DNA of 64,000 nt, taken from a virus. Lineage: Duplodnaviria; Caudoviricetes. The first letter of the stretch is position 1, and every line of letters begins with the position of its first letter. The translations under genes and the position numbers were made by a program. Below the pieces are notes generated by a model, which saw only the letters and a list, made by a program, of their open reading frames with translations, was not told the DNA's origin and made no database searches. The stretch covers positions 1 to 64,000 of the IMG/VR virus record IMGVR_UViG_3300033069_000690, one strand, 5' to 3'. Shown one piece after another: positions 1 to 6,815 of this stretch.

Positions 1-81
1 GATGTTATCACTAATTATCATCCTTTAGACAATTTAGGTGATAAGTTACATTTGGTAATAGTACCATTTGTGAACTACTAA
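1..81 (+). CDS. 3' end of an upstream gene (partial, DVITNYHPLD...VPFVNY*)
   Basis: Open frame from position 1 to TAA at 79-81, followed by an A/C-rich spacer and the next ATG at 93. Confidence 0.45.
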   Translation, partial: DVITNYHPLDNLGDKLHLVIVPFVNY

Positions 82-92
82 TACCTAACACA

Positions 93-329
93 ATGAGCTC
101 ATTAAGCCCAATCACAAAGTGCTTACTATACCCAATAGTAATAGCATTCTTATTAGTATTCTACGCATTAGTAGATTACTCATTAACCTTGTTCTTTGCA
201 TGGTTATTTGAAGCAACACTAATTAGTACAGCAACCTTCCCACTGATGGTTGTATTATACGTATGTAGTGCTGTTGGTGCATTTGCTTCAATACTTACAT
301 CATGTGAGTACATAGAAAAAGAATTTTAA
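93..329 (+). CDS. small membrane protein (2 hydrophobic segments)
   Basis: 78-aa ORF with an A-rich start context and hydrophobic stretches. Confidence 0.65.
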   Translation: MSSLSPITKCLLYPIVIAFLLVFYALVDYSLTLFFAWLFEATLISTATFPLMVVLYVCSAVGAFASILTSCEYIEKEF

Positions 330-332
330 GCA

Positions 333-1019
333 ATCCTAGTTAATTCACCGATAAAATCAGCTTAGACTACTGATTTCCTATTCTAGGTAAGGTTCTTATT
401 GCTCACGCCAGTGATTTGCGTGTAATAAATTAGGATAATCTTATGAAAACCAATAACTTAACACCTTGAACTATGCTAGAGGTGGTGCGTAAAGCATTGA
501 ACAGCAAACTTGTAAGCCTTGAAGCCAGAGATGGTGGAGCTGTTAAGCAAGTAAATTCAATGCATAGTTGTGGTACAAAGCAGTCTTCGAGCAACCTAGA
601 AATAGGCCAATACCTTGATGTAAAGGCGACTGAAATAACTGAGTATCACAGCTATTGCATTAACATTATGAAAATCAATACTTAATTAAATGAGGGTGGA
701 GTAAATGTAGTTACTGCTCCAGACCCTTCCTACGCGAGAATGCAGAAATCTGGTTGATACTTACTTAAACCAATTTCCACCTATCAGTACTCAAAAAGAG
801 AGATTGTTAAACTGATAATTAAAAAGGTGTAAGACAGTCCCATACAAAGTCCTGGGCTAAATGAATCCAGGCATACTAAACAATCAAAAGAAGCTTTGCA
901 CCGCTATTACTTGTAAGTAATACCAGGTGTAGAAAAAGAGAGATGCGCATTCTACTTGAGCAGGTAGAACTCAATGATGGTAGTCAAACCATTGAAATTA
1001 GGTAAAACTATCCCTAATT
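333..1019 (+). ncRNA. candidate large multi-domain structured non-coding RNA
   Basis: About 690 nt without a credible ORF. Nested helices 333-341/428-436, 461-467/824-830, 480-485/777-782 and 559-572/647-661, many local hairpins, and GNRA loops (CCTA-GAAA-TAGG 595-606, CCA-GAGA-TGG). Confidence 0.6.
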
Positions 1020-1044
1020 ACGTATAACTAAAATAACAAACATC

Positions 1045-1293
1045 ATGGCAATAAAATGCATAGTAATAGGTGAACAACCACCAGATACAAGAAAACGAAT
1101 CACATTCGAACACGTTCTTTTAGTTGATCTCGTTGTAACAAAGACTAATATTAGACCTGAGCATTCTAAGTACATAGAATTAATCTGTAAAAACTATATA
1201 CCTGGTAAAGACTTAATGTTTGCTTATAATAACCCAAGTAACAGAAGTCAAGGATCATTAATAATTGGTCAATGGAATGATGGTGTAGCATAA
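1045..1293 (+). CDS. hypothetical protein
   Basis: 82-aa ORF preceded by the A-rich leader aaaataacaaacatc. Confidence 0.65.
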   Translation: MAIKCIVIGEQPPDTRKRITFEHVLLVDLVVTKTNIRPEHSKYIELICKNYIPGKDLMFAYNNPSNRSQGSLIIGQWNDGVA

Positions 1294-1303
1294 AATAACT
1301 AAT

Positions 1304-1326
1304 CACATCTCGTAAGATCTGTGGTT
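1304..1326 (+). repeat. 23-bp direct repeat, copy 1 (CACATCTCGTAAGATCTGTGGTT), hairpin with GTAA loop
   Basis: Exact second copy at 1744-1766. Confidence 0.9.
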
Positions 1327-1360
1327 GGGGCATTTATTACCATCTAATACTTACCACATC

Positions 1361-1639
1361 ATGACAACACCGGAAATAATACAGAGACTATCTGATCTCA
1401 AGCCACTTGTTGGTAAAACAGACAAGGTAGCTATTGATGAGGCTATTGCTTTATTATCTGCAGCACAATTACTAGAAAGTAGTGCAAATGCTCTTGACAT
1501 GTTAAAAGGTCTTATAGATACTAATGATAGAATGATTGTAAAAGTTAGCAAAGATCGATTAATGGCAACTGAACCGCATATGAAATCTTTTCATGAAGGA
1601 GCTGCTACAATTTTACACGCTAGAGGAATAACATATTAA
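1361..1639 (+). CDS. hypothetical protein (start moved from TTG 1325 to ATG 1361, MTTPEIIQRL...)
   Basis: The TTG start overlaps the repeat hairpin; ATG 1361 is in frame. Confidence 0.65.
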   Translation: MTTPEIIQRLSDLKPLVGKTDKVAIDEAIALLSAAQLLESSANALDMLKGLIDTNDRMIVKVSKDRLMATEPHMKSFHEGAATILHARGITY

Positions 1640-1743
1640 AAGGTATAAAACCCTAATTAAAACGAAACAGTATAACCACTAAATAATTACACAACGGGCA
1701 AAAGCTCTCACAGCAATTTATCCGTCAGTTAAATGTACTCAGC

Positions 1744-1766
1744 CACATCTCGTAAGATCTGTGGTT
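1744..1766 (+). repeat. 23-bp direct repeat, copy 2
   Basis: Identical to 1304-1326. Confidence 0.9.
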
Positions 1767-1789
1767 AGTTAATAATTCATACCAATTCA

Positions 1790-2230
1790 AAGGTACATGA
1801 CAATTGTCAGTTGGTAGAGAATTGTAAAGCATACTTGAAAACACAAGACGATTCTAGTGATTAGTTTTTGTACTTGTAATATAATCTAAGTAAAGTATGT
1901 GGTGGCAGCATTTGAAAAGCGGGTGTGTAAGAAGAAATTCTGATAACGATTAGTAAAATGCCTCAACAATAGTAATATTGTTGTAGTAGTTGTTTGAAGA
2001 TTGCCAAGAATCGAGGCTATATAACAACATTGTGCAACTGGGGTGATTACCAGTAACATCATGAAGATGAAATACAAGTACCTAATGGTTTAAAGAGGGG
2101 ACTTATGTTGTGATATGATAATAAATACAAAAACACCAATGGGAAACCTGCTAGGACATGGTGGTATGAAACAGAAAACGTAGACTGTGATTGTATGTTT
2201 ATTGTCTAAGTAACAAAGTAATTAAGGCTG
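1790..2230 (+). ncRNA. candidate structured non-coding RNA region
   Basis: No credible + ORF. Stems GTACA/TGTAC (1793-1797/1869-1873), ACAATT/AATTGT, CAACAATA-GTAA-TATTGTTG (1964-1983), GTTGTT/AACAAC and ACTGG/CCAGT. Confidence 0.4.
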
Positions 2231-2272
2231 AACACGCTTGTATTTATTTAATTAACTAAAAACTAACACATT

Positions 2273-2476
2273 ATGATTTACTTATACATATTAGGATTTA
2301 TAGTATCTTATGTCTTAATAAAAAGATTAAGAGGTAAAAAGGAAACTAACAATACTTGGGGAGATGTATTTCTTACAGTATTTTGTTCTTTATTGAGTTG
2401 GGCAACAGTAATACTAATTATCCTTATTTACCTAATAGTGGTTGTAAAGTTACCTAAACCTCCTAAATGGTTATAA
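2273..2476 (+). CDS. small membrane protein
   Basis: 67 aa, two hydrophobic segments, A-rich start context. Confidence 0.7.
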   Translation: MIYLYILGFIVSYVLIKRLRGKKETNNTWGDVFLTVFCSLLSWATVILIILIYLIVVVKLPKPPKWL

Positions 2477-2532
2477 AATAATATACCATATTTGGTGTGA
2501 AAGATAATAAAAATCACTTGCTTGAAGATATT

Positions 2533-2564
2533 TTTGGTAATTTAAAGTATTTATTGTATATTTG
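2533..2564 (+). promoter_or_regulatory. Bacteroidetes-type housekeeping promoter (-33 TTTG / -7 TAnnTTTG)
   Basis: TTTG at 2533-2536, a 20-nt spacer and TATATTTG at 2557-2564 match the known Bacteroides/Flavobacterium consensus. Confidence 0.7.
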
Positions 2565-2568
2565 TATT

Positions 2569-2673
2569 ATGAATGTAGTATACATATATATTTTAAAAGA
2601 CCAAGATTCTAATATAAAACACCAATGGGAAAGCGAAAGTTCGATTCTTTCCTTAGTTACTAACAACAAATAA
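2569..2673 (+). pseudogene. truncated GIY-YIG homing-endonuclease-like N-terminus fused to a tRNA 3' remnant
   Basis: MNVVYIYILKDQDSNIK resembles GIY-YIG N-termini; the frame then runs into a tRNA T-arm (GAAAG-TTCGATT-CTTTC, 2635-2651) and stops at 34 aa. Confidence 0.45.
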
Positions 2674-2679
2674 AAATAT

Positions 2680-2958
2680 ATGAAACCAATTTTAGATCAA
2701 ACACGACAGATTCATTATGTAGATAGTAGTGATATGATTGATTTTATTGCAACTAACTCAAAGATGGAGTGGAATAATGTATGTGATTTTGTTAAAGAAA
2801 ATAACATTTGTAATGGAGAATATGGCCCATCGTTTTGGGAAAAAGAAGATTTAATTAAAAAATCTCACGAATTCAATGAAGAACAAGTTTATTGGGTTAG
2901 TGCGTTTTTTGAAGCACATCCTTGGATTGAAAGAATGATGATTGTATTTGATGATTAA
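2680..2958 (+). CDS. hypothetical protein
   Basis: 92-aa ORF, A-rich start context. Confidence 0.75.
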   Translation: MKPILDQTRQIHYVDSSDMIDFIATNSKMEWNNVCDFVKENNICNGEYGPSFWEKEDLIKKSHEFNEEQVYWVSAFFEAHPWIERMMIVFDD

Positions 2959-3003
2959 AAAAAATCACTATTGGATTGATCAAAACTTATAACAACCTAA
3001 CAC

Positions 3004-3267
3004 ATGAAAAAGAATACTCTCTTAACTATCTATATGATAGTATTAGTGCTCCTGAAGCTCGGAGCATGGATAGGCGTGCCATTAGCCTCTAAGATGGATG
3101 ACGACATAGTTATTGTATTAATATTCATGTCCTCATTATCCTTATTTATAATTTATAACCTTTCTGAAGGCATTAAATTTAACCGTTTAATTGAGCTATA
3201 TGAGCACGATTATGACGAGCATTATATGGTTGCTCATAATAGGAACCATAGCTCAAATCCAAGCTAA
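3004..3267 (+). CDS. small membrane protein
   Basis: 87 aa, two hydrophobic helices. Confidence 0.65.
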   Translation: MKKNTLLTIYMIVLVLLKLGAWIGVPLASKMDDDIVIVLIFMSSLSLFIIYNLSEGIKFNRLIELYEHDYDEHYMVAHNRNHSSNPS

Positions 3268-3349
3268 ACAAGATGATACAAGGATTAATTCTAGGATTAG
3301 CAGTCATAATAGCAGCGATCCTCAACGAAGACGATAATATTAACCTATC

Positions 3350-3658
3350 ATGACAGCACTCGAACAATACATAGAGGATATGCGTAAAAACATGTCCTCT
3401 AATCAATTAGAGATGAAGGAGTATTTCATCCAACTAGCTAAAGCACTTGATGCTGATTTAAAAGGAAAAAAAGAACCTGATAACAGTTATATACAAGGTG
3501 TATTACCTGATACAGCATTAAAAACTGTGTGTGAACTATTAGAGTTAAACCACGAAATAATTTATGCTGATATCCATGGTGCATTAAGAATTCAAAAAAT
3601 ATCTGAACCTCCCTCATCAAAAGGACATTATAAATATCCTTCTCTTGGGGTAAAATAA
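3350..3658 (+). CDS. hypothetical protein
   Basis: 102-aa ORF. Confidence 0.7.
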   Translation: MTALEQYIEDMRKNMSSNQLEMKEYFIQLAKALDADLKGKKEPDNSYIQGVLPDTALKTVCELLELNHEIIYADIHGALRIQKISEPPSSKGHYKYPSLGVK

Positions 3659-3682
3659 AAAATAATCTAACACAAATAACTC

Positions 3683-4237
3683 ATGAAGAAATTCATCACA
3701 TTACTCTCATTATTCCTTCTAATAGGAATTACATCTCAAGCTGATAGTATAACTACTAAAGCTAAGGAGATGGCTCAAACTGCTGTTAATACAGCTGATA
3801 GTGCTATTACTGCTGTTGATACTAGCAGTACGTTTAAAACGTTCTACAATGACCTAAAATCAGGTGTTGGTGCGCTATCATCATCACTTAAAGTTGGTGC
3901 AACTGAGGTCTTTAAAATCCTTATTAAGCAACAATTAGTACAATCTATAAGCTGGTTACTAATTATAATTGTATTATTAGGTCTAGGATTTTATGCGTTA
4001 TCTTGCGGTAAAAAAGCTGTTGATAAAGCAAATAGTAAGCGAACACAAAATGAAAATTATGGTAGAAACTATTCAATAGGAGATTCAGAATTCTTAGAGT
4101 ATATGATAGCTTCAATATTCCTAATAGGAGGAGGTCTTGGTATGCTTTGTGTATTATGTACTGATATTGTAACAGGATTCGTTAATCCAGAGTATGGAGC
4201 CATTATGGACGTAATGAATATGATTAAGAAATTTTAG
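3683..4237 (+). CDS. exported/membrane protein (signal peptide plus 2 TM segments)
   Basis: MKKFITLLSLFLLIGITSQA-D signal-peptide pattern and two further hydrophobic segments. Confidence 0.8.
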   Translation: MKKFITLLSLFLLIGITSQADSITTKAKEMAQTAVNTADSAITAVDTSSTFKTFYNDLKSGVGALSSSLKVGATEVFKILIKQQLVQSISWLLIIIVLLGLGFYALSCGKKAVDKANSKRTQNENYGRNYSIGDSEFLEYMIASIFLIGGGLGMLCVLCTDIVTGFVNPEYGAIMDVMNMIKKF

Positions 4238-4325
4238 TAGTAACACCATTGCCAATTTGGCTCTACTACTTAAATAAAGGTGTACTGCATAGCAGTTCTC
4301 ACAGTAGCTCCTTTAAGGCTACTTT
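4236..4325 (+). other. compact intergenic RNA structure (three hairpins, possible pseudoknot, T-run)
   Basis: AGTAGTA/TACTACT stem around a GCCA-ATT-TGGC hairpin; ACACC (4243-4247) is complementary to GGTGT (4279-4283); AGTAGC/GCTACT hairpin followed by TTT. Confidence 0.4.
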
Positions 4326-4350
4326 TATATTCACCTAACACTAAAAAAAC

Positions 4351-4995
4351 ATGCTTAAACAAATTAAAAAGTTACCAAAGCTAAATAAGCGAGAGGAACA
4401 AATTGTCCTATACTTAAGAAAATTTTACAGTTCTATAATCACATTGTTTCGTTATGACAGAACTAGTAACGAAGAATGTAAGGAAGTAGTAAATAATGTC
4501 GAAGTATTTGCAGCCATCCCTATGTACGAAAGTATTGTTCTTGTATTGTTTTCTCTTAGAAAAGCTCTAGGAGAAGAACGTATAAGATTTATTGACGTAG
4601 GAGCTGGTAAGGGTAACATATTAATGCTTGCTCGAACTATATGGACTTGTGCTACTAAGAATACAAGTTGGGATGATTTTGTTGGTATTGAATTTAATAA
4701 AGCTTATTGTAGAATATTATCACAATTAGATGTTATAATATTGTATAATGATGCTTTTGAAATACGTAATAAGCAACTATATAATGGGGATTCTTCCATA
4801 CGTAGAGTATTCCATATCTATCAAATAGTAAAAGATCCAGACAAACTAAAAGAGCTATATCAACTCTACATTAAATTAATGAAGTCTGGTGATATACTAA
4901 TTGTTAGTGGATTAGCTTATGAAAGTTGGTTTAAGGAGTTAAATCTAATAAGCCCAGGAAAACAAATGGGTGTAATGGTATACATAAAACCATGA
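4351..4995 (+). CDS. class I SAM-dependent methyltransferase
   Basis: Motif I FIDVGAGKGN, then acidic motif II GIEFN and YNDAF. Confidence 0.8.
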   Translation: MLKQIKKLPKLNKREEQIVLYLRKFYSSIITLFRYDRTSNEECKEVVNNVEVFAAIPMYESIVLVLFSLRKALGEERIRFIDVGAGKGNILMLARTIWTCATKNTSWDDFVGIEFNKAYCRILSQLDVIILYNDAFEIRNKQLYNGDSSIRRVFHIYQIVKDPDKLKELYQLYIKLMKSGDILIVSGLAYESWFKELNLISPGKQMGVMVYIKP

Positions 4996-5312
4996 CAGCT
5001 CCACACTTCTCACACGATCAGTGGGTGTTATTAGGCTTTATTATAGTAGTATTCATACTATTAGTAATAATGTCAGTAGTTGTTAATGAAGTAATATTAG
5101 CTCATGAAGAGTATGATCTAATTAAACTACCTAATGGTGACTACCAATACACACACCCAACTAAAGGTGTAATCATCTGCAAAAGCAATGATTTCCCAGC
5201 AATGTGTATTATCCATAGAGACTTAGCTTCTAGACCTGATGCAAAAATCAAGGATGAGGTTAGAGTCTTATTCTACAAAGAATTTAACGAATTGGTCCAC
5301 ATGGATCTATAA
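4992..5312 (+). CDS. membrane-anchored hypothetical protein
   Basis: ATGA overlap with the upstream gene; N-terminal TM helix. Confidence 0.7.
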   Translation: MTAPHFSHDQWVLLGFIIVVFILLVIMSVVVNEVILAHEEYDLIKLPNGDYQYTHPTKGVIICKSNDFPAMCIIHRDLASRPDAKIKDEVRVLFYKEFNELVHMDL

Positions 5313-5318
5313 AAACCA

Positions 5319-5367
5319 GTGTTAGGTTAGGGTTGGTGGGAGCGATCTCACCTTCCCTTCTTAATAC
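5319..5367 (+). other. long intergenic hairpin with GCGA tetraloop (processing site or terminator)
   Basis: GTGTTAGG/CTTAATAC, AGGG/CCCT and GGTGGGA-GCGA-TCTCACC. Confidence 0.55.
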
Positions 5368-5382
5368 ATAATCCATACTCAA

Positions 5383-5589
5383 ATGGGTATTAACACAATC
5401 TTAGTATTTCTACTCATTATTTCCTTCGCAATAGGAGTAAATGGGGTAGCCCATCTAATGTATTGGTCATGGTTATCAAAAAAACCAGTAGAAACAGTTA
5501 ACTTCCACTGTAATAAAGCGAAGAATCTCATAATAACAGCATTCGTGCTGTGCTCAGTATTCTTACTGATCCTAATAATCTTACCTTAA
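5383..5589 (+). CDS. small membrane protein
   Basis: 68 aa, two hydrophobic segments. Confidence 0.65.
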   Translation: MGINTILVFLLIISFAIGVNGVAHLMYWSWLSKKPVETVNFHCNKAKNLIITAFVLCSVFLLILIILP

Positions 5590-5601
5590 TAAGGCTTAAA
5601 T

Positions 5602-5681
5602 TGTGACATAGCATAAGGTTAACACAATCCTTGAAATTGTAATGATGGGCTAATATGGAGGTTCAAATCCTGCTGTCGCCA
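5602..5681 (+). tRNA. degenerate tRNA-like gene (anticodon loop CCTTGAA, i.e. UUG/Gln register with C33)
   Basis: Acceptor TGTGACA/TGTCGCC with a 1-72 mismatch, perfect ACAAT/ATTGT anticodon stem, T-loop GTTCAAATC; D-arm is incomplete and the variable region is long. Confidence 0.5.
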
Positions 5682-5689
5682 CTAAAGTA

Positions 5690-6129
5690 GCGTAAGTTTA
5701 GCATTATAATTTCTAAAATCCTAGTGGTAACATTAGGCGTGTTGTTACCCTTGAGAAAGGAAAAGTATTAAATAGATATAAACCCTGTTGGTTAATCTTA
5801 TCTACAACACGAATGAGTTCTCAGCAAAGTAGTTAATGACCATGAAACGTAACTAAATCAACTAAAAGTTCCCTCGGTAGTACATGGATCAGGAACTTAA
5901 TTAACTACGTGACCCTACTCTTATTATAGACTGCTAAAAGTCCTGCAATAATAAGACAAGAGGGTGCTAAATCGTATATTTACATTTACATCGGAGAACC
6001 CTCTACGTGAAGAACGTGGTTGATAATTACCGGCAGGGTAATCAATAAGTATCCGCTAATAGTAGTAAGGGGTTGGGGTGAGGAATGGATTTTAAATCCT
6101 ATCTCGTTAAAACTCTGACCCCATATTAC
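5690..6129 (+). ncRNA. candidate large structured ncRNA directly 3' of the tRNA-like gene
   Basis: Stems CGTGTTGT/ACAACACG, GTAGTTAAT/ATTAACTAC, AAGTTCC/GGAACTT, TCTTATTAT/ATAATAAGA and TGGGGT/ACCCCA; GNRA hairpins CCTAGTG-GTAA-CATTAGG and CCTT-GAGA-AAGG; no credible ORF. Confidence 0.6.
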
Positions 6130-6145
6130 ACAATTCAAATCTAAC

Positions 6146-6304
6146 ATGAACAAAATAATTAACTTCGAAAACAAATCAGAGATGCATGTAAAGAATGCAT
6201 TTCTAAACTTAAAGGAACGTTACAGGGATGTACGATTTCCTAAAGTACACATGAGGGCTAGCCTCTGTACAGGATTCTTTGTTGTTGGTAAACAAAAACT
6301 ATAA
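6146..6304 (+). CDS. small hypothetical protein (52 aa, MNKIINFENK...; not in the ORF track)
   Basis: ATG 6146 in an A-rich context; TAA 6302-6304 lies 2 nt before the next ATG. Confidence 0.6.
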   Translation: MNKIINFENKSEMHVKNAFLNLKERYRDVRFPKVHMRASLCTGFFVVGKQKL

Positions 6305-6306
6305 CC

Positions 6307-6711
6307 ATGGAAAAGAACATCATTGGCGAGGTTAAAATACCTCTATTAACTAGGGAACAGTTTACTAAAGAAAAATGGGAAACAGGTGATTACATTTTAT
6401 TAGACTATTATAACAGAGAAGTAACTATTGTTAAAGAAGATTACACACATAGTTATCATAGAATTGATGGTTATTATATATGTCCTGTCCATGGTACTGT
6501 AATGGGAGTTGTACTTTATGTTCTTACTAAAAATGATAGTCAAAGACCGTATCTAAAAAAGAAAAAGGAAATTAGCCCTCGTACATTAGTTAGCTCGTAT
6601 AAGTATATACATTTTATACGTAGATATGGAGATGATGAAGTAAATTATTCCGCTGTACTATCGAATCAAGAAACTCTAGCTGGATCTACGTTCAGTCTAG
6701 AAATAAAGTAG
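6307..6711 (+). CDS. hypothetical protein
   Basis: 134-aa ORF. Confidence 0.7.
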   Translation: MEKNIIGEVKIPLLTREQFTKEKWETGDYILLDYYNREVTIVKEDYTHSYHRIDGYYICPVHGTVMGVVLYVLTKNDSQRPYLKKKKEISPRTLVSSYKYIHFIRRYGDDEVNYSAVLSNQETLAGSTFSLEIK

Positions 6712-6772
6712 TTTCTGTATAAGGAACGGATTCTACTTCATTTATATTAGTAGTAATATTAGTGCTCTGAAG

Positions 6773-6801
6773 GGCTAAGCTAACCCTTATAATGCTTAGC
6801 C
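6773..6801 (+). other. hairpin immediately upstream of the tmRNA (GGCTAAGC/GCTTAGCC)
   Basis: Perfect 8-bp stem; TATAAT lies in the loop. Confidence 0.45.
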
Positions 6802-6815
6802 TATAGGAGTTTAAT

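Noticed and set aside
47-54. TACATTTG as a Bacteroidetes -7 promoter element
   Set aside because: It lies in the coding frame of the partial upstream gene and has no TTTG at -33.
473-685. 70-aa + strand ORF
   Set aside because: It lies entirely within the highly paired RNA tract, has no A-rich start context like the real genes, and shows no motif.
622-840. Group I intron core (GCGACTG at 626-632 with TAAGACAGTCC at 830-840 as P7)
   Set aside because: J8/7 is 2 nt short, the A before P7 is missing, GACTG has a better local partner (581-585), and no interrupted host gene flanks the region.
485-900. Group II intron (GTGCG at 485) or RNase P RNA (AAAGTCCTGGGCT near 846)
   Set aside because: No domain V hairpin with an AGC triad. 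The RNase P conserved regions are not present in the right order and there is no GAGGAAAGTCC.
4236-4300. Twister or pistol ribozyme (TAA-CACC...ATAAA-GGTG; TAAATA linker)
   Set aside because: It lacks the twister P4/L4 with AAGC and the GAG element, and it lacks the pistol P2/P3 arrangement. Kept only as a generic structure.
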